DNA of 64,000 nucleotides from Escherichia coli (GTDB lineage Bacteria; Pseudomonadota; Gammaproteobacteria; Enterobacterales; Enterobacteriaceae): NCBI RefSeq assembly GCF_003018115.1, contig NZ_CP027457.1; one strand, 5' to 3'. Shown piece by piece: positions 55,417 to 64,000 of this stretch (position 1 is its first letter; each line of letters starts with the position of its first letter). The notes under the pieces were generated by a model. It saw only the letters and a program-made list of their open reading frames with translations, ran no database searches and was not told where the DNA came from. The position numbers and the translations under genes were made by a program.

Positions 55417-56835
55417 GCACAAAATTTTATACCCTGCTGACGGATATTGGCGCGGCGAAACTTGCCAGCGCCGCCGCGCTCGGTGTGCCGCTAAAAATTA
55501 CCCATATGGCGGTGGGCGATGGCGGCGGAGCATTGCCGACGCCGGACGCAAAGCAGACGGCACTGGTAAATGAGAAACGCCGGGCTGCGCTGAATATGCT
55601 CTATATCGACCCGCAGAACAGCAGCCAGATTATTGCTGAACAGGTGATCCCTGAAAATGAGGGTGGTTGGTGGATACGTGAAGTGGGTCTGTTTGATGAG
55701 TCCGGGGCATTGATTGCCGTAGGCAACTGCCCGGAAAGCTATAAGCCGCAACTGGCTGAAGGCAGCGGGCGCACCCAGACCGTGCGCATGGTGCTGATTA
55801 CCAGCAGCACGGACAATATCACCCTGAAAATCGACCCTGCCGTCGTGCTGGCAACCCGCAAGTATGTGGATGACAAGGTACTGGAGCTGAAGGTGTTCGT
55901 GGATGATAAGATGGCAAAACATCTTGCCGCACCGGACCCGCATTCACAGTATGCACCCAAAGAAAGCCCGACATTGACCGGAACACCCAAAGCGCCAACG
56001 CCAGCGGAGGGGAATAACACCACGCAGATTGCGACCACCGCGTTTGTTCAGGCCGCTATTACTGCTCTGATTAACGGTGCGCCAGCCACGCTGGACACAC
56101 TGAAAGAAATTGCCGCAGCCATTAACAATGACCCGAAATTCAGTACCACCATTAACAATGCGCTGGCACTAAAAGCACCGCTGTCGAGTCCGGCACTCAC
56201 CGGAACGCCAACAGCACCTACTGCGGCACAGTCGGTCAACAATACACAGATTGCCACTACAGCTTTTGTGAAATCAGCGATTGCGGCAATGGTGGGTTCT
56301 GCACCTGCTGCACTGGATACACTGAACGAACTGGCGGCGGCGCTGGGGAATGACCCGAACTTTGCCACGACAATGTTGAATGCGCTGTCAGGCAAACAAC
56401 CGCTGGACAATACGCTGACTAATTTGAGTGGAAAGGATGTTGCTGGTCTTCTCGCATACCTTGGTTTGGGAGAAGCGGCAAAACGGGATGTGGGGACAGG
56501 GGAAAATCAGATACCGGACATGGCCTCTTTTGCCAGTGGTGATGGATGGATGAAATTACCCAACGGGAAAATCCTGCAATATGGTCGTGGTGCGGTTACG
56601 CCGACATTATCGACGCAAAACAATGAGAATTACATTCAGCATTCCTTTCCCCAAAAAAGCGGACTGCGCCATGCTTACTCATTCTGGTGATGGCGGTGCG
56701 CCTTTAGGCGCTGGGCGAGGGTTCGTGATGACTGCAGAAGGCCCAACGTTAACCGGCTTTAATTCTGCTTACAGAACGTCATCAACCAGCGACACGGTAT
56801 CGATGAATTACAGTTGGTGGGCTGTTGGTGAGTAA
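55413..56835 (+). CDS. Tail fibre protein (gpH-like): constant N-terminal part plus current variable C-terminal segment; reading frame breaks near 56650 in an A-run
   Basis: ORF 55413..56690 with repeated ATTAFV...DTLxExAAAxxNDPxF motifs; continues in the +1 frame (ORF 56581..56835, ...FSIPFPKKADCAMLTHSGDGGAPLGAG...) with conserved fibre C-terminal character. Confidence 0.7.
56449..56475. other. Left recombination site (gix/cix-like) of the invertible tail-fibre segment
   Basis: ttggtttgggagaag in tail fibre gene is repeated in inverted orientation at ~58357-58371; the 26-bp context resembles gix (aaacc..ggttttggataa). Confidence 0.6.
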
Positions 56836-56855
56836 TTTTATTCAGGGTGATTTAT

Positions 56856-57299
56856 ATGAACGAATATGTTTATAGCGCAAGGCATAATGCTTTTTTCCCT
56901 GTGGATATGATTGATAAATATAAATCAGAGGGATGGGATTTATCAGACGCTAAGGAAGTAAATCAAAATATTATCAGTGAGTTTATGGCTGAACCGCCAC
57001 AAGGAAAAATCCGTATTGCCGGAGATGATGGGCTGCCTGCGTGGGCAGATATTCCTCCACCCACGCATGAAGAGCTTATTGAAATTACTGAATCAGAAAG
57101 ACAGCTACTAATTAACCAGGCCAACGAATACATGAACAGTAAGCAATGGCCCGGTAAAGCCGCTATTGGTCGTCTGAAAGGTGAGGAACTGGCGCAATAT
57201 AATTTGTGGCTGGATTATCTGGACGCACTGGAGCTGATCGATACTTCCGGTGCGCCAGATATTGAATGGCCTACGCCTCCGGCAGTTCAGGCCAGATGA
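56856..57299 (+). CDS. Tail fibre assembly chaperone (gpG/Tfa-like), currently expressed orientation
   Basis: Start MNEYVYSARHNAFFPVD...; C-terminal LIDTSGAPDIEWPTPP chaperone signature. Confidence 0.75.
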   Translation: MNEYVYSARHNAFFPVDMIDKYKSEGWDLSDAKEVNQNIISEFMAEPPQGKIRIAGDDGLPAWADIPPPTHEELIEITESERQLLINQANEYMNSKQWPGKAAIGRLKGEELAQYNLWLDYLDALELIDTSGAPDIEWPTPPAVQAR

Positions 57300-57873
57300 C
57301 ATCCGGCGCTGTGCTGGTATCTGTTGCCGTCACCGCGTCAATGTAATCCAGCACAGCGTTAAGGCGGGTTGTTTCTGCCTGCGTCAGCTTCCGTCCGGCC
57401 TGTAATTTCAGTTGAATCAGACTGATGGAGGCCATTGCAGTATCAATCAGCGACTGGCGCTGTGCTTCTGCTGCATCTACTGCTGCGCCGTGCTGTGCCT
57501 TGGTATCTGTCACCCATTTCTCACCATTCCATTCATCGTATGGCGTTAACGGGGCGATAGTGGTTGTATTTTCAGGATAATCACCCGGAGCTGTGATTTC
57601 TTTCGATTCTCCTGTTTCGATGCTATAGACGATTTCACCGCGATGATCTGGCACATATTCCCATGAATTTAAATTCACAGAACGACAGATTGCATAACCA
57701 ACCTTATGTATGCCTGGTGCATCAAGACAGGAACATGCCGGAATACCGACACCAACAGCAAGATATTCAGTTGACGTGGAAATATATTCCCGTGTTTCAC
57801 CATCGTAGTTATAAACGGTAACATCCCCTGCCTTTGTTGCAATAAGGTCACTATTTAATATTGCTTTATGCAT
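57271..57873 (-). CDS. Alternative tail fibre assembly chaperone (Tfa'), inverted orientation
   Basis: 200-aa ORF on opposite strand ending ...IDAVTATDTSTAPDVIWPELPEA, same C-terminal signature as the plus-strand Tfa. Confidence 0.7.
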   Translation of the reverse strand: MHKAILNSDLIATKAGDVTVYNYDGETREYISTSTEYLAVGVGIPACSCLDAPGIHKVGYAICRSVNLNSWEYVPDHRGEIVYSIETGESKEITAPGDYPENTTTIAPLTPYDEWNGEKWVTDTKAQHGAAVDAAEAQRQSLIDTAMASISLIQLKLQAGRKLTQAETTRLNAVLDYIDAVTATDTSTAPDVIWPELPEA

Positions 57874-58356
57874 CAGGCTGCCCTCACGATATAATTAAAT
57901 GCAATATTACGCGGACGCGTTTCTGAGGCTGCGGCACCTAAACCAGCCACTGATTGTTTATATGTTTTAAAGGTTCCATAATCCGGTGCTGGTAATCCGG
58001 CATCGTTTGTGTTTCCTCTTTTGATAATGTCAGTGCCACTATTTACCCAGCTTTCATCAAAATAGAAATTAATAGTTGCATCAGTCACAATCGTGGATCT
58101 TGACGGTAATCCATGAGCATGATCCTCCGTTGCATATCCCTGAATACTTAAAATAGAGCGACCTGTATCAATCCCCGCCCGTCATCCCAGCCACGAATAA
58201 ACTCACCACGTAAATCAGGCAATTTATTTGTCGGGTAAACTTTTGCCAGTTCCGGGTATTCTTCAGCAGAAAAAGCTGCACCATTGCATTTCAGCCAGCC
58301 TGTAGGCGGAGTGGCTGAAGGCCACGGAACAGGGACACCAACAGGTAATGCAGAGC
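57873..58356 (-). pseudogene. Alternative tail fibre variable C-terminal segment (Sv'-like), silent orientation; frame broken in a G/C-run as assembled
   Basis: Minus-strand ORFs 58148..58411 (...LPVGVPVPWPSATPPTGWLKCNGAAFSAEEYPELAKVY...LPDLRGEFIRGWDDGRG, tail-collar motif) and 57873..58088 are contiguous once one base is restored near 58172-58180. Confidence 0.65.
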
Positions 58357-58383
58357 CTTCTCCCAAACCAACGTTTATGAAAA
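58357..58383. other. Right recombination site (gix/cix-like) of the invertible segment
   Basis: cttctcccaaaccaacgtttatg is the inverted copy of the site inside the tail fibre gene; lies just upstream of the invertase. Confidence 0.6.
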
Positions 58384-58438
58384 TGCAGAGATAATGGCTA
58401 ACTGGCATCATCCCCGGTTTTTATTCAGGGGATTGATC

Positions 58439-59005
58439 ATGCTTATTGGCTATGTACGCGTGTCAACAAATGACCAGAACACCGATTTGCAACGTAATGC
58501 ACTGAACTGCGCGGGATGTGAGCGGATTTTTGAGGACAAAATCAGTGGCACTAAGTCCGACAGACCGGGGCTTAAAAAACTGCTCAGGACACTATCGGCA
58601 GGTGACACACTGGTTGTCTGGAAGCTGGACAGGTTGGGGCGCAGTATGCAGCATCTTGTTACGCTGATAGAAGAGTTGCGCCAGCGTGGCGTGAATTTCC
58701 GAAGCCTGACTGACAGTATTGATACCAGTACCCCAATGGGCCGTTTCTTTTTTCATGTCATGGGTGCCCTGGCTGAAATGGAACGCGAACTGATAGTTGA
58801 ACGTACCAGGGCAGGGCTGGCTGCAGCTCGTGCCAAAGGCAGAGTAGGTGGGCGTCGTCCTAAGTTGACCACCGAACAGTGGGCACAGATTGGACGTTTA
58901 CTCGAGGCCGGAGAATCAAGACAGCGTATTGCACTGATTTTTGATGTGGGCGTTTCTACCATTTATAGAAAATTTCCGGTGAATGAGAGCAATGAATCGC
59001 CCTGA
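58439..59005 (+). CDS. Serine DNA invertase (Pin/Gin/Hin/Cin family)
   Basis: Start MLIGYVRVSTNDQNTDLQ (catalytic Ser region), GRSMQHLV resolvase core, C-terminal HTH (VSTIYRKF). Confidence 0.9.
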   Translation: MLIGYVRVSTNDQNTDLQRNALNCAGCERIFEDKISGTKSDRPGLKKLLRTLSAGDTLVVWKLDRLGRSMQHLVTLIEELRQRGVNFRSLTDSIDTSTPMGRFFFHVMGALAEMERELIVERTRAGLAAARAKGRVGGRRPKLTTEQWAQIGRLLEAGESRQRIALIFDVGVSTIYRKFPVNESNESP

Positions 59006-59147
59006 GTCAGCATTATTTTGATTTTTCCTGTAAGCGGACAAATACCGTTATTTTGTGTGAATAACGACACAACTGCGCTTAGCTGTTTGTCAGGCACAAT
59101 CACTTCAACATAGGGCGAAGCCTAATCCAATCAGGAGGTTCGCCACT

Positions 59148-60320
59148 ATGGCTCAGGATTACCACCACGGGGTGCGCGTTGTTGAAGTCAACGAAGGCAC
59201 CCGATCTATTACCACGGTGAGCACCGCCATCGTGGGTATGGTCTGCACGGGCGATGATGCCGATGCAAAAATGTTTCCTCTTAATAAACCCGTGCTGATC
59301 ACTGATGTGCTGACTGCCAGCGGTAAAGCGGGTGAGTCAGGTACTCTGGCCCGTTCGCTGGATGCCATCGCTGACCAGGCAAAACCCGTGACCATTGTTG
59401 TGCGTGTGCCGCAGGGTGAAACGGAAGACGAAACCACGACCAATATCATCGGCGCAGTGACTGCTGAAGGTAAAAAAACAGGTATGAAAGCCCTGTTATC
59501 TGCCCAGTCACAGCTCGGCGTTAAACCGCGCATTCTCGGCGTGCCAGGCCACGACACCAAGGCGGTAGCTACTGAGTTGCTGAGCGTGGCGCAAAGCCTG
59601 CGTGGATTTGCTTACCTGTCAGCGTATGGCTGCAAGACAGTGCAGGAGGCGATCACTTACCGCGAAAACTTCAGCCAGCGCGAAGGGATGCTGATCTGGC
59701 CTGACTTTACTGGTTGGGACACGGTGCTGAATGCCGAAGCAACGGCATATGCCGCCGCCCGTGCGCTTGGTCTGCGCGCCAAAATTGACGAGCAGACCGG
59801 ATGGCACAAAAGCCTGTCCAACGTGGGCGTGAACGGTGTCACCGGAATTTCTGCAGATGTGTTCTGGGATCTGCAGGACCCGGCAACCGATGCAGGTCTG
59901 CTGAACCAGAACGACGTCACCACGCTTGTGCGTAAAGACGGTTTCCGCTTCTGGGGTTCCCGCTGCCTGAGTGATGACCCGCTCTTTGCCTTCGAAAACT
60001 ACACCCGCACGGCGCAGGTGCTGATGGACACGATGGCAGAAGCACACATGTGGGCGGTGGATAAACCGCTTAACCCGTCGCTGGCCCGCGACATTATCGA
60101 AGGTATCCGCGCCAAAATGCGCAGCCTGGTCAGTCAGGGCTATCTCATTGGTGGTGATTGCTGGCTGGATGAGTCGGTGAACGACAAAGACACGCTGAAA
60201 GCCGGAAAACTCACCATCGACTACGACTACACGCCAGTGCCGCCACTTGAAAACCTGATGCTGCGTCAGCGCATCACCGATCAGTACCTGGTGAATTTCG
60301 CCAGCCAGGTCAGCGCGTAA
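59148..60320 (+). CDS. Contractile tail sheath protein (P2 gpFI-like)
   Basis: [34 protein letters not shown]... closely matches remembered gpFI. Confidence 0.9.
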   Translation: MAQDYHHGVRVVEVNEGTRSITTVSTAIVGMVCTGDDADAKMFPLNKPVLITDVLTASGKAGESGTLARSLDAIADQAKPVTIVVRVPQGETEDETTTNIIGAVTAEGKKTGMKALLSAQSQLGVKPRILGVPGHDTKAVATELLSVAQSLRGFAYLSAYGCKTVQEAITYRENFSQREGMLIWPDFTGWDTVLNAEATAYAAARALGLRAKIDEQTGWHKSLSNVGVNGVTGISADVFWDLQDPATDAGLLNQNDVTTLVRKDGFRFWGSRCLSDDPLFAFENYTRTAQVLMDTMAEAHMWAVDKPLNPSLARDIIEGIRAKMRSLVSQGYLIGGDCWLDESVNDKDTLKAGKLTIDYDYTPVPPLENLMLRQRITDQYLVNFASQVSA

Positions 60321-60329
60321 GGGGACAAC

Positions 60330-60845
60330 ATGGCATTACCACGCAAATTAAAACACCTGAACCTGTTTAACGACGGGAACAACTGGCAGGGGATCGTTGA
60401 GTCGCTGACGCTGCCGAAATTTACCCGCAAATATGAGAAGTATCGCGGCGGCGGAATGCCGGGTGCGGTGGATGTGGATCTGGGGCTTGATGACAGTGCG
60501 CTGGACACAGAATTTTCCATTGGTGGTACTGAATTGCTGCTGTTTAAACAGATGGGTAAAGCCACGGTGGATGGCATCCAGCTGCGCTTTACCGGCTCTA
60601 TTCAGCGTGACGATACCGGGGAAGTGCAGGCCGTGGAGCTTGTCGTGCGTGGACGTCACAAAGAAGTGGATTCCGGCGAGTGGAAGACGGGCGAAAGCAA
60701 CACCACCAAAGTGACCAGTACCAACAGCTACGCGAAGCTGACCATCAATGGTGAGGTGCTCTATGAAGTGGACCTTATCAACATGGTGGAAATTGTGGAC
60801 GGTGTGGACCTGATGGAAGCGCACCGCAACGCCCTCGGCCTCTGA
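60330..60845 (+). CDS. Tail tube protein (P2 gpFII-like)
   Basis: 171-aa ORF MALPRKLKHLNLFNDGNNWQGIVE... Confidence 0.85.
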   Translation: MALPRKLKHLNLFNDGNNWQGIVESLTLPKFTRKYEKYRGGGMPGAVDVDLGLDDSALDTEFSIGGTELLLFKQMGKATVDGIQLRFTGSIQRDDTGEVQAVELVVRGRHKEVDSGEWKTGESNTTKVTSTNSYAKLTINGEVLYEVDLINMVEIVDGVDLMEAHRNALGL

Positions 60846-60899
60846 TATATCTGAACGGCGCGGGATACCGCGCCAGAACCCAATTGACAGGACAGCAAA

Positions 60900-61202
60900 A
60901 TGAGCGATAAGCAGACTGAAAAGACCATTCAACTGGATACCCCCATCAAGCGCGGTAAAACAGAAATCACCGAAATTGTGCTGCGTAAACCGCAGTCCGG
61001 TGCGCTGCGCGGTACACGCCTGCAGGCCATTATGGATATGGATGTAAACGCGATGATGACCGTGATCCCCCGCATCTCCAGCCCGGCGCTGACTGCACAG
61101 GAAATTGCAGAGATGGACCCGGCAGATCTCACTGCCATGTCGGTTGAGGTTGTCACTTTTTTGTTGAAGAAGTCGGTGCTTGCCGGTTTACCGACAGCCT
61201 GA
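60900..61202 (+). CDS. Tail assembly chaperone gpE (with predicted -1 frameshift extension E' to ~61336)
   Basis: 100-aa ORF; TTTTTTG slippery heptamer at ~61157-61163; the -1 frame stays open to a stop overlapping the tape-measure start. Confidence 0.75.
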   Translation: MSDKQTEKTIQLDTPIKRGKTEITEIVLRKPQSGALRGTRLQAIMDMDVNAMMTVIPRISSPALTAQEIAEMDPADLTAMSVEVVTFLLKKSVLAGLPTA

Positions 61203-61328
61203 CGGTTGACGATCTGGTGGCAGATATCGCCACCATTTTTCACTGGCCGCCATCCGTTACTGACGTTATGCCGCTGACCGAAGTGCTGGAATGGCGGTAT
61301 AAAGCGATTCAGAGAAGCGGGGCCAACG

Positions 61329-64000
61329 ATGAGTGATAACAACCTGCGTCTGCAGGTCATTCTTAATGCGGTTGACAAGCTCACCCGCCCATTTCGATCT
61401 GCGCAGGCCAGTTCAAGAGAACTGGCTGCTGCTGTCAAAAAATCCCGCGATGCAATAAAGCAGCTTGATCAGGCCGGGAGCAGTCTGGACAGCTTCCGAA
61501 AGCTGCAGGCAGAAAATCAGAAATTAGGCGACAGGCTGAACTATGCCCGCCAGCGTGCAAATTTGCTCAGTCAGGAACTGGGAGCGATGGGGCCGCCTTC
61601 GCAACGTAAGGTTGTTGCTCTGGGCCGTCAACGGCTGGCTGTTCAGCGCCTGGAAGAACGCCAGAAAAAGCTGCAGCAGCAGACGGCGCTTGTGCGTGCT
61701 GAACTGTACCGGGCGGGAATTTCTGCGAAAGACGATGCGGGAGCAACTGCCCGTTTAGCCCGTGAAACATCACGTTATAACCAGGAACTTTCGAAACAGG
61801 AGGCGCGGCTGAAGCGACTGGGGGAAGCTCAGCGCAGGATGAATGCAGCGCGTGCCAGTTATGCCCGTTCGCTGGAGGTGCGTGATCGTATTGCAGGTGC
61901 CGGAGCCACCACCACGGCTGCAGGGCTGGCAATGGGTGCGCCAGTGATGGCGGCAGTAAAAAGCTATACCAGCATGGAAGATGCCATGAAAGGTGTGGCA
62001 AAGCAGGTCAATGGTCTGCGTGACGATAATGGCAACCGCACTGCACGTTTTTATGAAATGCAGGATGCCATCAAGGCTGCCAGCGAACAGTTGCCGATGG
62101 AAAACGGTGCGGTGGACTTCGCTGCACTGGTTGAAGGTGGTGCGCGCATGAACGTCGCAAATCCTGACGACAGCTGGGAAGATCAGAAACGTGACCTGCT
62201 GGCCTTCGCCAGTACGACAGCAAAGGCGGCAACAGCCTTTGAGCTGCCAGCGGATGAACTGTCAGAAAGTCTGGGGAAAATCGCCCAGCTCTACAAAATC
62301 CCCACCCGCAATATTGAACAGCTCGGTGATGCGCTGAACTATCTGGATGATAACGCCATGTCGAAAGGGGCAGACATCATTGATGTGATGCAACGTCTGG
62401 GCGGTGTGGCTGACCGTCTGGATTATCGTAAAGCGGCGGCGCTGGGTTCCACCTTCCTGACACTGGGCGCTGCGCCAGAGGTTGCAGCCAGTGCAGCAAA
62501 CGCGATGGTGCGTGAATTGTCCATTGCCACCATGCAAAGCAAGAGTTTCTTTGAAGGGATGAATCTGCTGAAACTCAATCCTGAAGTGATTGAAAAGCAG
62601 ATGACGAAGGATGCGATGGGAACCATCCAGCGCGTGCTGGAGAAGGTAAACGCGCTGCCGCAGGACAAGCGCCTGTCTGCCATGACTATGTTGTTTGGTA
62701 AAGAGTTTGGCGATGACGCGGCGAAACTGGCAAACAACCTGCCGGAACTGCAGCGTCAGTTAAAATTGACAGCGGGCAATGATGCGCTTGGCTCCATGCA
62801 GAAAGAATCCGACATTAACAAGGATTCACTTTCTGCGCAGTGGTTGCTGGTCAAAACCGGAGCGCAGAACACCTTCAGCAGCCTGGGCGAAACGCTGCGC
62901 CAGCCGCTGATGGATATTCTGTACACGGTGAAAAGCGTCACGGGGGCGTTGCGTCGCTGGGTGGAAGCTAACCCGGAACTGACAGGCACACTGATGAAAG
63001 CATCGGCTGTTGTGGCTGCGGTTACCGTCGGCCTCGGCACCTTAGCGGTGGCGCTGGCTGCAGTGCTGGGGCCGCTGGCAGTGATCCGTCTGGGATTCTC
63101 TGTGTTGGGTATCAAAACGTTATCTTCCGTTACGGCAGCAGTAACTCGAACCAGCAGCGCGTTGTCCTGGCTGGCTGGCGCACCACTGGCACTGCTGCGA
63201 CGCGGGCTTGCTTCATCGGGCAACGCCGCAGGTTTACTTACTGCGCCGTTGTCGTCTTTGCGCCGCACGGCATCACTGACGGGAAATGTCCTGAAAACTG
63301 TAGCAGGTGCGCCGGTTGCACTTTTGCGGTCTGGATTATCCGGTTTACGTGCGGTTGCTGTGATGTTTATGAATCCACTGGCAGCACTACGCGGCGGGCT
63401 GGCTGCCGCAGGCACGGTGCTGCGAGTACTGGCATCTGGTCCGCTGGCGATGCTGCGCGTTGCCCTGTATGCCGTATCTGGTCTGTTAGGTGCTCTGCTC
63501 AGTCCGATAGGTCTTGTGGTTACTGCACTGGCGGGTGTGGCACTGGTTGTCTGGAAATACTGGCAACCCATCACCGCATTTCTCGGTGGCGTGGTGGAAG
63601 GATTCAAAGCGGCGGCAGGTCCCATCAGTGCAGCGTTCGAACCGCTTAAGCCTGTGTTCCAGTGGATTGGTGACAAAGTGCAGGCGCTGTGGGGCTGGTT
63701 TACTGATCTGCTGACGCCCGTTAAGTCGACTTCTGCCGAACTGCAGAGCGCAGCGGCAATGGGGCGACGATTCGGGGAGGCACTGGCGGAAGGGCTGAAT
63801 ATGGTTATGCATCCGCTGGACTCCCTGAAATCTGGCGTTTCCTGGTTGCTGGATAAACTCGGCATTGTCAGTAAAGAGGCTGCAAAGGCGAAACTGCCGG
63901 AAAGCGTGACGCGTCAGCAACCTGCGACGGTGAATGCAGACGGTAAAGTGATGATGCCATCGGGTGGTTTTCCGTCATGGGGATATGGCTTTGCGGGGAT
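61329..64000 (+). CDS. Tail tape measure protein (gpT-like), 3' end beyond window
   Basis: Plus-strand frame from ATG at ~61329 (MSDNNLRLQVILNAVDKLTRPF...) appears open to the window end; coiled-coil N-terminus and Ala/Gly/Leu-rich repeats; absent from ORF track because it has no stop. Confidence 0.8.
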   Translation, partial: MSDNNLRLQVILNAVDKLTRPFRSAQASSRELAAAVKKSRDAIKQLDQAGSSLDSFRKLQAENQKLGDRLNYARQRANLLSQELGAMGPPSQRKVVALGRQRLAVQRLEERQKKLQQQTALVRAELYRAGISAKDDAGATARLARETSRYNQELSKQEARLKRLGEAQRRMNAARASYARSLEVRDRIAGAGATTTAAGLAMGAPVMAAVKSYTSMEDAMKGVAKQVNGLRDDNGNRTARFYEMQDAIKAASEQLPMENGAVDFAALVEGGARMNVANPDDSWEDQKRDLLAFASTTAKAATAFELPADELSESLGKIAQLYKIPTRNIEQLGDALNYLDDNAMSKGADIIDVMQRLGGVADRLDYRKAAALGSTFLTLGAAPEVAASAANAMVRELSIATMQSKSFFEGMNLLKLNPEVIEKQMTKDAMGTIQRVLEKVNALPQDKRLSAMTMLFGKEFGDDAAKLANNLPELQRQLKLTAGNDALGSMQKESDINKDSLSAQWLLVKTGAQNTFSSLGETLRQPLMDILYTVKSVTGALRRWVEANPELTGTLMKASAVVAAVTVGLGTLAVALAAVLGPLAVIRLGFSVLGIKTLSSVTAAVTRTSSALSWLAGAPLALLRRGLASSGNAAGLLTAPLSSLRRTASLTGNVLKTVAGAPVALLRSGLSGLRAVAVMFMNPLAALRGGLAAAGTVLRVLASGPLAMLRVALYAVSGLLGALLSPIGLVVTALAGVALVVWKYWQPITAFLGGVVEGFKAAAGPISAAFEPLKPVFQWIGDKVQALWGWFTDLLTPVKSTSAELQSAAAMGRRFGEALAEGLNMVMHPLDSLKSGVSWLLDKLGIVSKEAAKAKLPESVTRQQPATVNADGKVMMPSGGFPSWGYGFAG

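Larger units (their letters stand above)
32664..64000. mobile_element. P2/186-family temperate prophage; left junction in window, continues beyond window end
   Basis: att core, integrase, 186-type CI/Apl/CII, A, then Q-P-O-N-M-L-X-holin-lysin-R-S-V-W-J-I-H-tfa-invertase-FI-FII-E-T in canonical P2 order. Confidence 0.9.

Noticed and set aside
56581-56835. Treating the 84-aa ORF as an independent gene
   Set aside because: It is the continuation of the tail-fibre variable C-terminus after the homopolymer-associated frame break
62756-63865. 369-aa minus-strand ORF near the window end
   Set aside because: Antisense to the tape-measure gene, whose plus-strand frame is open from ~61329 to the window end with a clear phage-protein-like translation

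Overview
Enterobacterial (E. coli-like) chromosome segment in three parts. (1) 1-21.7 kb: conserved core genes, almost all on the minus strand: ygaH-ygaZ-ygaY, proVWX, nrdHIEF, ygaM/ygaC/alaE/stpA/ygaP/ygaV/yqaE/ygaU, csiR-gabP-gabT-gabD-lhgO-csiD, with REP elements and an nrd regulatory region. (2) 21.9-32.6 kb: a visibly AT-rich variable islet around tRNA-Ile(CAU): an alpha-amylase-like 750-aa gene, a 449-aa ypjC-like protein, a DNA-invertase remnant and a ypjA-type autotransporter. (3) ~32.66 kb to the window end: a P2/186-family prophage that begins with a tmRNA (ssrA) 3'-end-like att core. It carries a cargo membrane protein, integrase, 186-type CI/Apl/CII switch, Dam methyltransferase, replication protein A, a LexA-box-controlled DinI-like module, then complete head, lysis, baseplate, an invertible tail-fibre segment with a Pin/Gin-type invertase, sheath, tube and the start of the tape-measure gene. 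The best candidate for an undescribed system is the AT-rich accessory hotspot between replication gene A and the portal gene (41.3-44.2 kb), which holds a 593-aa DUF262-domain protein and a divergent small acidic protein. Three apparent frameshifts (integrase and both tail-fibre variable segments) all lie in homopolymer runs and may be assembly errors. Gene names come from my recognition of the translated proteins and gene order; no database search was run, and hand-counted coordinates of short sites may be off by 1-2 bp.
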